Origin: Thermodesulfovibrionales bacterium
Lineage (GTDB): Bacteria > Nitrospirota > Thermodesulfovibrionia > Thermodesulfovibrionales > CALJEL01
Assembly (NCBI GenBank): GCA_041082235.1
Contig: JBDOIG010000308.1
Span: 1 to 53,750, forward strand
Length of the DNA: 53,750 nt
Direction: 5' to 3'
Position numbers and translations under genes: made by a program. Below the pieces are notes generated by a model. That model saw only the letters and a list, made by a program, of their open reading frames with translations, did not search any database and was not told where the DNA came from. Positions 1 through 9,432 of this stretch are shown here, one piece after another (position 1 is the first letter of the stretch; each line of letters opens with the position of its first letter).

Positions 1-150
1 ATATTAATTTAAATTTAAACTTTAAAAATTTATTTCTGGGGTTTCAAAGGGGCGAAAAGCCCCTTTGAGCTCTGCCCCTTTGAGCTTTATAAAGGCCTTG
101 AGGCATACCCCGATAATCAGGAAATGTTTCTAATAGCAAATTTGGGATAA
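1..150 (+). repeat. Right part of the nested palindromic intergenic repeat (copy A, cut by the window edge)
   Basis: Bases 1-112 are nearly identical to 8392-8502; similarity continues more weakly to about 150 (versus 8503-8540). Confidence 0.9.
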
Positions 151-205
151 GTTACAATACTAAACAGGTCGGTGTATAATAATCTTAAAAGAAAGGAGGG
201 TCTCT

Positions 206-838
206 ATGAAGCCAGAGGATAAAATTAAAGAGATATTAAAAAGGCTTAAAAGACTTTATCCTGAACCAAAGACAGCTCTGAATTTCTCCACCCCTTTTGA
301 ACTTCTCGTTGCTACAATCCTTTCTGCACAGACAACTGATAATCATGTAAATAAGGTCACAGAGGATCTTTTTAAAAAATACAGGTCCATAAAGGATTAT
401 GCGGAGGTATCGCTTGCTACACTTCAAAAAGATATTAGTTCTATTAATTTTTATAAAAATAAAGCAAAATATATAAAAGAGGCAGCAAAAATAATCATGG
501 ATAAATTCAATGGTGAGGTGCCAGGGACAATGGATGAACTCATGACACTACCAGGAGTTGCAAGAAAGACAGCAAATATTCTTTTATCAAATGCCTTTGG
601 AATAAATGAAGGCATTGCCGTAGATACCCATGTAAAAAGACTTTCTCAGAGACTCGGCTTGACAAAGAATGAAGACACTCAGAAGATAGAAAAAGACCTT
701 ATGGAGCTCACCCCGAGGGAGGAATGGTCAAATCTTTCCCATCTGCTTATATTTCATGGAAGAAAGGTCTGTCAGGCAAAAAGGCCTAATCATAAAGAGT
801 GCATACTTTATGATATCTGTCCATCAAGAAACATATAA
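206..838 (+). CDS. nth: Endonuclease III (HhH-GPD DNA glycosylase/AP lyase)
   Basis: FELLVATILSAQTTD, LPGVARKTAN HhH motif, IAVDTHV, C-terminal Fe-S loop; SD AAGGAGG upstream. Confidence 0.95.
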   Translation: MKPEDKIKEILKRLKRLYPEPKTALNFSTPFELLVATILSAQTTDNHVNKVTEDLFKKYRSIKDYAEVSLATLQKDISSINFYKNKAKYIKEAAKIIMDKFNGEVPGTMDELMTLPGVARKTANILLSNAFGINEGIAVDTHVKRLSQRLGLTKNEDTQKIEKDLMELTPREEWSNLSHLLIFHGRKVCQAKRPNHKECILYDICPSRNI

Positions 839-841
839 AGG

Positions 842-1471
842 CTAAGACAGAAATTCCTCTGAAAAAGGATTCTCCTTAATCTCATTCTCCACAGTGCTTT
901 CAGGACCATGACCCGGAAGTATCTTTGTATGAGCAGGTAGGGATAAAATTTTTTTAAAGGAATTTTTAAGGTCATCCATGCTTCCGCCATAAAAATCCGT
1001 CCTTCCCACAGAACCTGCAAAGACTGTGTCACCTGTAAAGACAACTCCATTACCGTACAGGCACAATCCACCAGGACTATGCCCGGGTGTATGGAGCACC
1101 CTGAATTCCATATTACCAATCCTTATGCAATCATTGTCATTAAGAAGGATATCAGGCTCAGGAAGTTTATTTATATCATATCCAAAAAATAATGCCATAT
1201 CCCTTGCACCTTCATATATCTCTTTTTCAGCCTCGTGAATTGCCACCTGTGCACCTGTTTCCTGCTTTAATTCTGGTAATGCTCCTACATGGTCAAAATG
1301 TGCATGGGTGCAAAGGATGTATTTAACATTGAGTTTGTTTTCTTTTATAAAATTTATGATCCTGTCAGGCTCATCACCTGGGTCAATTACTAACGCCTCT
1401 GATGTTTCTTCATCCCAGACTATAAAGCAGTTTGCCTGAAGAGGGCCTACTGACATTATATTAATCTTCAT
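842..1471 (-). CDS. Metallo-beta-lactamase fold hydrolase (glyoxalase II-like)
   Basis: THAHFDHVG, HTPGHSPG, FTGDT and PGHG motifs. Confidence 0.9.
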   Translation of the reverse strand: MKINIMSVGPLQANCFIVWDEETSEALVIDPGDEPDRIINFIKENKLNVKYILCTHAHFDHVGALPELKQETGAQVAIHEAEKEIYEGARDMALFFGYDINKLPEPDILLNDNDCIRIGNMEFRVLHTPGHSPGGLCLYGNGVVFTGDTVFAGSVGRTDFYGGSMDDLKNSFKKILSLPAHTKILPGHGPESTVENEIKENPFSEEFLS

Positions 1472-3030
1472 CTCTCCCTCCTCTTTTTAAGCATATCTCT
1501 TAAAAATAAAAACTCCTCGCTTTTAAGAATATATGTAATTGTAATATAAAAAACAGGTCCTGTTACAATAGCCATTAACAGCGATATGATCTTTGAATCA
1601 CTGCCCCCATAGCTGATAGAATAAATAAATCTCACAAAAAATGCCATCAACAGAGAACTGAGGAGTGTCCTTGCTGCGGATAGGGCAATAGCTGATGTCC
1701 CGGGGCTTCCAAATTTTTTTCTCAGGAAGTAATAAAGGAGTATAAGATTTGTCCATGATGCAATAGTGTTTGCAAGGGCGAGTCCTCCATGTTCAAGAAA
1801 CTTCATAAGGATAATGCTTGCAATTATATTGATAACCATACCTGTAGCAGCGATCTTTACAGGTGTCTTTGTATCCTGGGCAGAATAAAAAAAAGCGGTC
1901 ATGATTCTTACACCAACTATTGACCATATCCCGAGACTGTAAAAAAATAGTGCATAGGCTGTCTGGAGTGTATCATTATGACTGAATCTTCCTCTCTCAA
2001 ATAAGACCTCTATTATCTCTATCCTCAGTACAATAAGCCCTACCATAGCAGGAATGGTTATATAGAATAAGAGTCTTATGGCAAAGGAAAAGTCTTTTTT
2101 AAGTAACTCATATTCACCCCTTGAGGCATGCTCGGAGAAGAAAGGCAGCACCGCCATACCCATTGCAACACCGAAGATACCTATGGGAAACTGTATAAGC
2201 CTCATGGAATAATAGAGATAGGTAATACTGCCCTCCTTTAAAAAAGAGGCAAGTATGGTGCTTGCAAATATATTTATCTGGCTTACAGCCATTGCCATTG
2301 TAGCTGGTACAAGTAAAAGGGCAATCTTTTTTAATGCCTCATGTTTAAATTCTCGGTCAGGCCTGAGGTCATAACCCTGCTTAAAAAATGATGGCACCTG
2401 AAATAAAAACTGGAAAAGACCTCCAATCGTGACCCCAATTGCTACTGAAACAATTGGAGTTGAAATGTGTCTACCAAAGAGCAAAAGGCATAATATAATG
2501 GACAGGTTTAACATAACAGGTGCAAATGCAGGGATAAAAAAAACCTTTTTTACATTCAATGCACCCATCACAAGGCTTGCAAGGCTGATGAATAGAAGAA
2601 AAGGAAACATTATCCTTGTGAGCAACACAGTGAGATGAAATTTTTCAGGAAGGGGAATAAAACCAGGAGCTATTAACTTCACAATCAGAGGGGCAAAGAC
2701 TACACCGCAGAGGCTGATGGTACCAACGACTATAATTATAAATGTGAATACGATTCTTACAATCCTCTTTGCCTCTTCTTCTCCCTTCAATGTCCTTTGT
2801 TCTGTAAGGACAGGTATAAAGGCAGAGGACATGGAGCCCTCTGCGAAGAGCTCCCTCAGAAGATTCGGTATCCTGAAGGCAACAAAAAAGGTATCAGCCA
2901 CAAGACTGGCACCAAAGAAACTTGCAAGCACCATGTCCTTTATATAGCCAGATATCCTGCTAATGAATGTAGCAAAGGACATCAAAAAGGCTGATACAGT
3001 AATCTTTCTCTTTATATCACTCATCTTCAA
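1468..3030 (-). CDS. murJ: Lipid II flippase MurJ (MviN)
   Basis: AFRIPNLLRELFAEG signature, many TM segments, DTKTP motif. Confidence 0.95.
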   Translation of the reverse strand: MKMSDIKRKITVSAFLMSFATFISRISGYIKDMVLASFFGASLVADTFFVAFRIPNLLRELFAEGSMSSAFIPVLTEQRTLKGEEEAKRIVRIVFTFIIIVVGTISLCGVVFAPLIVKLIAPGFIPLPEKFHLTVLLTRIMFPFLLFISLASLVMGALNVKKVFFIPAFAPVMLNLSIILCLLLFGRHISTPIVSVAIGVTIGGLFQFLFQVPSFFKQGYDLRPDREFKHEALKKIALLLVPATMAMAVSQINIFASTILASFLKEGSITYLYYSMRLIQFPIGIFGVAMGMAVLPFFSEHASRGEYELLKKDFSFAIRLLFYITIPAMVGLIVLRIEIIEVLFERGRFSHNDTLQTAYALFFYSLGIWSIVGVRIMTAFFYSAQDTKTPVKIAATGMVINIIASIILMKFLEHGGLALANTIASWTNLILLYYFLRKKFGSPGTSAIALSAARTLLSSLLMAFFVRFIYSISYGGSDSKIISLLMAIVTGPVFYITITYILKSEEFLFLRDMLKKRRER

Positions 3031-4396
3031 TCTTCAGGATAAGAAATCTCTTTGTATCTCCTTGAACCTTATATCTGTCATCCATCCTTAAACCCGCTAC
3101 CCAGACTATATTACCACCCTCCTCTACTACAGGTATGGCATATCTCTCATCTCTCGGGATTTTTAAATCAGTAAAAAAATCTTGAAGTTTCTTCCTCTTG
3201 CCAAATCCAAAGGGGTAGAAATAGTCTCCGGATTTCCACGATCTTACCAAGAGATTATCAGAGCCTATTTTGTCTCTATCAATAACAATCTTCCTTCTTC
3301 CATCACCCAAATCATCCGGTCTTGATTCCATGCAGACTGCTATAAGTTTATAACCCTTCTCTTTAATATCTATAGTCCCTGGTATTGAAAGGACATACTC
3401 CTTTAATCTTAATGGTGGCTCTGAGGTGATGGTAAATAAAGAATATCCCTTTATTGCCCTTATATTACCCTTAATATACACCCTGTCCCCTGTACTCTCT
3501 TTTTTTATTATTTCAATCATCTCCTCAATGTGCATAAAACTCAGACCCCTCAGGCCAAATACCTCATCCACCGCCCTTCTCAACAATCTTCTCAATATCC
3601 TTTTATCAATTGCCTCAAGAGGTTTCAGAAAGAGTTCAATCATTGAATCGGTCTTTCTTGATATGGATCTCATGAGTGCCTTTGTAACCTCTATTTCATA
3701 GATCCTCTCTTCCTCTGAAAATATCTCTGCCAATCTTCCAAGGGTTATGATAATTGACGGGTTTTTCTCTTTAAGGATTGGGATGACCTTTAATCTCACC
3801 CAGTTTCTCAGGTATTCTGCCTGAAGATTTGAAGAATCCACTACATAGTGAAGACCGTTCCTGAAAAGATAGTCTTCTATCTCCTTTCTTTCTATCTCTA
3901 TCAATGGCCTTATGATATTTCCTCTCACAGGTGGTATACCCTGAAGTCCCTGAGGCCCTGTACCTCTTATGAGCCTCATTATTATGGTCTCTGCCTGGTC
4001 ATCGGCATTATGACCAACAGCTATAGTTTGTGCCTTTTTCTCCAGAAGGACTTCATTTAATGCCTGGTATCTCAATCTTCTTGCAACCTCCTGCTTATTT
4101 TCTCCAGATAATTTTACATAGCCAGCCACATCTATTTCCCTTACTATGAGGTCATATCCAAGTTCTTTAACGAACTTTCTGCAGAAATCTATTTCTCCGG
4201 GGACCTCTTCAGGTCTTAGACCATGATTGATATAAACAGGGATAAGCTCAATATTAAGCCTTTCTTTAAGTTTGTGCAGGATATGGGTAAGGCAGACAGA
4301 ATCAGGGCCTCCAGAAAGCCCGATAATTACCCTGTCCTCAGGTCTAATCATCTCAAATCTTTTTATGGTCTTAAAAACCTTCTCTACTGTCTTCAA
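3017..4396 (-). CDS. tilS: tRNA(Ile)-lysidine synthetase
   Basis: SGGPDS PP-loop, GHNADDQAET, C-terminal KKLQDFF motif. Confidence 0.95.
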   Translation of the reverse strand: MKTVEKVFKTIKRFEMIRPEDRVIIGLSGGPDSVCLTHILHKLKERLNIELIPVYINHGLRPEEVPGEIDFCRKFVKELGYDLIVREIDVAGYVKLSGENKQEVARRLRYQALNEVLLEKKAQTIAVGHNADDQAETIIMRLIRGTGPQGLQGIPPVRGNIIRPLIEIERKEIEDYLFRNGLHYVVDSSNLQAEYLRNWVRLKVIPILKEKNPSIIITLGRLAEIFSEEERIYEIEVTKALMRSISRKTDSMIELFLKPLEAIDKRILRRLLRRAVDEVFGLRGLSFMHIEEMIEIIKKESTGDRVYIKGNIRAIKGYSLFTITSEPPLRLKEYVLSIPGTIDIKEKGYKLIAVCMESRPDDLGDGRRKIVIDRDKIGSDNLLVRSWKSGDYFYPFGFGKRKKLQDFFTDLKIPRDERYAIPVVEEGGNIVWVAGLRMDDRYKVQGDTKRFLILKIEDE

Positions 4397-5408
4397 GGTT
4401 TTCTTCCCCTATAGGCAAATAGGCCCTTGGGTTGAGATAAAGGTCAGAGAACCTTCCTGCCCTGAAGTGATAATAACCTGCCACGGCTATCATAACAGCA
4501 TTATCTGTGCAGTATCTCGGAGGAGGTATATGAACAGTAATGCCTAGTCTTTCAGAAAGAGCCCTGAACCTTTTCCTGAGCTCGCTGTTTGCAGCAACAC
4601 CACCTGATATAACAACCCTGCTCAGACTTTCCTTTTTCAGGGCCCACTCAACTTTTTTCTCAAGCACATCCATTACAGAGGCCTGAAAGGATGCACATAA
4701 GTCAGGAAGGAGCTTATTGAGTCTTTCAGGAGGAATAGACTTTACGAAATTGAGCACTGCGGTCTTAAGACCACTGAAACTGAAGTCCATGTCCTCAGGT
4801 AGATATGGTCTTGGGAAGGCAATGGCATCAGGTCTTCCATCCTGGGCAAGTTTATCTATCACAGGGCCACCCGGATAGCCAAGCCCCAGGAGTTTTGCAA
4901 CCTTATCAAAGGCCTCTCCTGCGGCATCATCACGGGTTTTCCCGATTTCTTTGTATCTTAAGGGAGCATCAACCCTTATCAAAGATGTATGGCCTCCGGA
5001 AACTATAAGCCCTAAAAATGGAAATTCTACATCCTCAAATGGCATAGATGAAAAGATATGTCCCTCAATGTGATTTATGGCAGTTAAGGGTAAGCCCTTA
5101 ACAAGGGATAATCCTTTTGCAAAGGAACAGCCAACAAGAAGGGAGCCTATCAATCCCGGGCCATAACAAACGGATATGAGGTCAATATCTCCAAGACCTG
5201 TGCCTGACCTCTCAAGGGACTCCTGAACCACAGGACCAATCATCTCTATATGCCTTCTTGATGCAAGCTCGGGTACTATACCCCCGTATTTTTTATGAAT
5301 CTCAGCCTGGCTGGATACAATATCAGAGAGGATAGTTATATCTCTCTCCACACTTATCACAGAGGCAGATGTATCATCACAGGATGTATCAATCCCAAGA
5401 ATGAGCAT
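4371..5408 (-). CDS. tsaD: tRNA N6-adenosine threonylcarbamoyltransferase
   Basis: LGIDTSCDDT, GGIVPELASRRH, NHIEGH, DDAAGEAFDK, CTDNAVMIA. Confidence 0.96.
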   Translation of the reverse strand: MLILGIDTSCDDTSASVISVERDITILSDIVSSQAEIHKKYGGIVPELASRRHIEMIGPVVQESLERSGTGLGDIDLISVCYGPGLIGSLLVGCSFAKGLSLVKGLPLTAINHIEGHIFSSMPFEDVEFPFLGLIVSGGHTSLIRVDAPLRYKEIGKTRDDAAGEAFDKVAKLLGLGYPGGPVIDKLAQDGRPDAIAFPRPYLPEDMDFSFSGLKTAVLNFVKSIPPERLNKLLPDLCASFQASVMDVLEKKVEWALKKESLSRVVISGGVAANSELRKRFRALSERLGITVHIPPPRYCTDNAVMIAVAGYYHFRAGRFSDLYLNPRAYLPIGEENLEDSREGF

Positions 5409-5411
5409 AGA

Positions 5412-6053
5412 TTACAGACCCTCTATAACCCTTACACCCTGAGGAGGCACAAACTCAAAGACTTTATCCTGAAGCCCTGAATTTATCACCACATCTTCAA
5501 GGTTTATCTCTATAAAATTCATAGCACTGTCTGTTATCTTTAATCTCTTGATGGGAAATTCTCCATCTCCTGAATAGATCTCAATAGACTTTACATTGCC
5601 CATCTGGGCTTTGGGTTTCAGGATAAGCCTATCCTTTTCTTCTTTTATCTCAAAATCTCTTTTTATATTTCCAAATCCTCCCAGGAGGGCGATAGGTGCC
5701 TGACCATATTTTGCAGGAAAAAATTTTCCTTTTAAGACCTGTTTTTCATTTTTCTGGTATATGATAAGCATATCTCCTGATATTATGACATCCTGAGGAG
5801 ACTTTCCTTTATAAGACCACTTAAACATGGATGGTATTTTTATAAAGAACTCTCCCTCATAACTCTCTCTTTTCTCGAGATCTTTAAGATAGCTAACCTG
5901 TTTAAACCTGCCCTTCAGGTCAGAAATATTTTTATAGGCATTCTCTATCCTGTCCACAAGTGTTAGAGGTTCATCTATTGCAAAGAGATGTGGTGGAATA
6001 ATACAGAGAATTAAGGAAGCCCAGAAAAAAACTAACCTTTGAATATAAGTCAC
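5412..6053 (-). CDS. lolA: Outer membrane lipoprotein carrier LolA family protein
   Basis: Signal-peptide-like N-terminus, FKWSY and FEFVPPQG LolA-like motifs, conserved ftsK-lolA synteny. Confidence 0.8.
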   Translation of the reverse strand: MTYIQRLVFFWASLILCIIPPHLFAIDEPLTLVDRIENAYKNISDLKGRFKQVSYLKDLEKRESYEGEFFIKIPSMFKWSYKGKSPQDVIISGDMLIIYQKNEKQVLKGKFFPAKYGQAPIALLGGFGNIKRDFEIKEEKDRLILKPKAQMGNVKSIEIYSGDGEFPIKRLKITDSAMNFIEINLEDVVINSGLQDKVFEFVPPQGVRVIEGL

Positions 6054-8095
6054 CTTTTCCTCCTTATAAAGTCCCTTGGTTTCCCTGCACCTTTTGGTGG
6101 ACCCACAAGGCCATCCCTCTCAAGAAGCTCCATGAGCCTGGCAGCCCGATTGAAACCTATCTTGAACCTCCTCTGTATAAGAGATATGGATATCTCTCCA
6201 AGTGTCTCACCAAGCTCTATAACCTTTTCATACAATTCATCTGAATCAGTACCCTCCTCACCTGCCTGTTCCTGAGAATCGGAAGGAAGTTCAATAGAAT
6301 CCATTATAGTATAATCAGGTTCTGCCTGTGGTTTTATGAAATCAACGATAGCCCTTATCTCATCCTCTGAGACATAGGAACCATGTATCCTCTTAAGCTT
6401 CACTCCTGGCATCATGAACAACATGTCACCCTGGCCAAGGAGCTGTTCAGCTCCTTGTGCATCAAGGATTGTCCTTGAGTCAATCCTTGATGTTACCTGA
6501 AAGGCAATCCTCGCAGGGAAATTTGCCTTTATAACGCCTGTTATCACATCTACAGATGGTCTCTGAGTTGCTATTATGAGGTGAATACCTGATGCCCTTG
6601 CCATATGGGCAAGCCTTGTTATGGCATCCTCTACCTCCTGAGCACCTGTTAGCATAAGGTCAGCAAGCTCATCTATAATCACAACTATGTAAGGAAGCCT
6701 CTCCTCATCAGGGACCTGCGAATTGAAGCCTTCAATATTCCTCACACCCCTTTCGGCAATTATCCGGTATCTCCTTTCCATCTCAAGGACAATCTTTTTC
6801 AGTGCATCCCTTGCATCCCTGGGTGTTGTAATCACAGGGCTCAATAGATGGGGTATATCATTGTAGGGGGATAATTCAAGAAATTTCGGGTCTATCATTA
6901 AGAGTTTAACCTCTCTTGGCGTGGCCTTGTAAAGTATGCTTATAATCATGCTGTTTAAAGAAACACTCTTCCCGGAACCGGTAGCACCTGCCACAAGAAG
7001 ATGGGGTGTCTTTGCAAGGTCTATTACAAAGGGATTCCCTGTAATATCCTTTCCAAGTGCAAGGGTGAGCTTTGAATTTGATCTCTGAAAGACTTCAGAA
7101 CCTATTATTTCTCTGAGGGATACTGTCTCTCTTTGCCTGTTGGGTACCTCGATGCCAATAGTAGATTTTCCGGGGACGGTATAGATTCTTACACTCTGGG
7201 CCTTGAGCGCAAGAGAAAGGTCATCAGCAAGAGAGATTATCTTATTTATCTTTATCCCGGGTGCTGGTTCAAATTCAAACATGGTTACAACAGGACCCGG
7301 ATGTACCTGAGTGACCTTTCCCTCCACATCAAAGTCAGCAAGTTTCTTCTCTATATTCTGGGAAAGGCTGAGTATCTCTTCTTTAGAGGGCTTCTGATTT
7401 GACTGATCATGTATAACAAGGAGATCAAGCGGTGGAAACTCATACTCACCCACCTTTCTTTCAGGGGTATACTGCACCTCTTCTTTAATACCCTCACTGG
7501 TGACTATGGCTGGTGAAAAGTCCTCTTCTTGAATTGTATCAGGCTCTTCTTCCTCTATCTCATCAGGCTCTGTTTCCTTATACCTTGATGTCTTTATTCC
7601 AATAGAAAAGACTGCTACAGGAGTCATCATAATAACAGAAGATATAAAAAGAAGAAACGAGAAGATATAAGCACCAAATGTAGAAAGCATTGTCTGCAAA
7701 GCACCTGACATTATAACACCAGTCATTCCTCCGAGTGACTTATCAGAATTTAATGAAATGCTCATCTCAATAAGGCCAGAAAGGATTGATAGAGAGAATA
7801 TAAATAATAAACTTCCTGCAAGATAGATTATATGACCTTTTCTATGAAGGAGTCTTCTCAGTCCCCAGATTATAAGTAAGGAAGGAATCGTAAATGATGG
7901 AAATCCAAAGAGTGAAAAAAGTATATCAGAAAGGTTTGCGCCTATTATACCTCCATAGTTATGAACAGGCTTTTCTGAATATGTAAAAATAGAGGGATCC
8001 TGAGGTGAATAGGTAATTAGTGAGACAAGGCAGAATATTCCCAGAAGAATGGAGAATATACCCTTCAGTTCATTTTTCAGCCTCCTGAATTCCAT
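6050..8095 (-). CDS. ftsK: DNA translocase FtsK
   Basis: N-terminal 4TM domain, AGATGSGKS Walker A, DELADLM, ATQRPSVD, C-terminal gamma domain (IGFNRAAR). Confidence 0.96.
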   Translation of the reverse strand: MEFRRLKNELKGIFSILLGIFCLVSLITYSPQDPSIFTYSEKPVHNYGGIIGANLSDILFSLFGFPSFTIPSLLIIWGLRRLLHRKGHIIYLAGSLLFIFSLSILSGLIEMSISLNSDKSLGGMTGVIMSGALQTMLSTFGAYIFSFLLFISSVIMMTPVAVFSIGIKTSRYKETEPDEIEEEEPDTIQEEDFSPAIVTSEGIKEEVQYTPERKVGEYEFPPLDLLVIHDQSNQKPSKEEILSLSQNIEKKLADFDVEGKVTQVHPGPVVTMFEFEPAPGIKINKIISLADDLSLALKAQSVRIYTVPGKSTIGIEVPNRQRETVSLREIIGSEVFQRSNSKLTLALGKDITGNPFVIDLAKTPHLLVAGATGSGKSVSLNSMIISILYKATPREVKLLMIDPKFLELSPYNDIPHLLSPVITTPRDARDALKKIVLEMERRYRIIAERGVRNIEGFNSQVPDEERLPYIVVIIDELADLMLTGAQEVEDAITRLAHMARASGIHLIIATQRPSVDVITGVIKANFPARIAFQVTSRIDSRTILDAQGAEQLLGQGDMLFMMPGVKLKRIHGSYVSEDEIRAIVDFIKPQAEPDYTIMDSIELPSDSQEQAGEEGTDSDELYEKVIELGETLGEISISLIQRRFKIGFNRAARLMELLERDGLVGPPKGAGKPRDFIRRKR

Positions 8096-8142
8096 CTTAG
8101 ATTATATTTTAGCCTATTTAGAAGATTAAGGCTACTGGTTAA

Positions 8143-8540
8143 GTCACCCGTGACTGCCGACAGAAATAGCGGGGTATGCTGAAAAGACTTTATTGCGACA
8201 CCTTAATGTAAACTTTTTTAATCAACATTGCCAAACATAAAAGGGGCTTCGCCCTTTTAAAACCCCAAAAATAGAATTAAAATTATCTAATAGGGAGTTT
8301 GAGGGACTTTGTCCCTCAATTACTTCACCAGTTTGGTGATAAACCTTTAGTTACAGAGCTTTGAGGGGCAACGCCCCTCAAGTTCCCCTTTATATTAATT
8401 TAAATTTAAACTTTAAAAATTTATTTCTGGGGTTTCAAAGGGGCGAAAAGCCCCTTTGAGTTCTGCCCCTTTGAGCTTTATAAAGGCTTTGAGCATACCC
8501 CGCTACTCAGGAGATATTTCTAATGGCAATTCGGGGTTAC
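8143..8540 (+). repeat. Long form of the nested palindromic intergenic element (copy B; MITE/REPIN-like)
   Basis: Inner IR TAGCGGGGTATGCT (8167-8180) / AGCATACCCCGCTA (8492-8505); imperfect outer IR 8143-8167 / 8516-8540; four GC-rich hairpins inside; homologous copies elsewhere in the window. Confidence 0.85.
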
Positions 8541-8589
8541 TAAAATTTTGGAGATAGAAATATACCAAAGATTAAAATTGCTACTTTGT

Positions 8590-9342
8590 TCATAAAAACA
8601 AAAGGATTAAGATACTTAGCCCGAAGCGATAATAGACAAAGAGGTCTATCCTGTGCCTCTGGAGATACTTAATCAAGAAACCTATGGCAATGAGTCCAGC
8701 GATAAATGATGCAATCATACCTGAAAGAAATACACTGTAATCTATCGCGGGTTCATGGATAAGTCGTTTTATACCCAGCAATGAAGCCCCTGCAATAACA
8801 GGCGTTGAAAGCAGAAATGAGAACCTTGCTGAGTCCTCTCTCCTCAAACCCATTAAAAAACCTGCTCCCATAGTAATACCTGACCTGGAGACCCCTGGTA
8901 TGAGGGCAATGGCCTGAAAGAGGCCTATAAATAAACATTCCCTGAGCCTAAGGTTATCAAGTCCCTTTTTACCTGATAACCTGTCTGATAGAAGCATGAA
9001 TATCCCGATTAATGAAAGGCTCATTGCAATCATATAGGGACTTCTGAGATAATCCTCTACCATTTCTTCAAAAAGCACTCCAGCCAGTCCAGCAGGTATG
9101 GTGGCAATAATAATAAATACCAGCAACCTCCTGTCATGAAGAATGATTCTAAGCCAGTCTTTGCTGAAGAATACCAGAACAGCAAGGAGTGTCCCTGCAT
9201 GAAGGGCGATATCAAAGGTAAGGCTATCTACAGCTCCCTTCCAGCCTAAAAATCTCGGTACAAGTATAAGATGGGCTGTGCTGCTGATGGGAAGGAATTC
9301 AGTAATTCCCTGTATTATTCCAAGGATTATTGCCTCAAACAT
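8590..9342 (-). CDS. uppP: Undecaprenyl-diphosphatase
   Basis: QGITEFLPISSTAH and PGVSRSG motifs. Confidence 0.95.
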   Translation of the reverse strand: MFEAIILGIIQGITEFLPISSTAHLILVPRFLGWKGAVDSLTFDIALHAGTLLAVLVFFSKDWLRIILHDRRLLVFIIIATIPAGLAGVLFEEMVEDYLRSPYMIAMSLSLIGIFMLLSDRLSGKKGLDNLRLRECLFIGLFQAIALIPGVSRSGITMGAGFLMGLRREDSARFSFLLSTPVIAGASLLGIKRLIHEPAIDYSVFLSGMIASFIAGLIAIGFLIKYLQRHRIDLFVYYRFGLSILILLFL

Positions 9343-9385
9343 GGAAGGTATTTTAGCACAGAAATAGATAATAGGTAAGTACTAT

Positions 9386-9399
9386 ATGATTCAAATCAT
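9386..9399. promoter_or_regulatory. Crp/Fnr-family-like palindrome ATGAT-TCAA-ATCAT
   Basis: 5-4-5 inverted repeat centred about 41 bp upstream of the ATG at 9433, with TATAAT at 9422-9427. Confidence 0.5.
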
Positions 9400-9432
9400 G
9401 TCAACTCCTATTGATTAAGGTTATAATAAATT

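Noticed and set aside
8241..8475. Spaced hairpins read as a CRISPR array
   Set aside because: The repeats are non-identical, alternately oriented and irregularly spaced, and no cas genes are present
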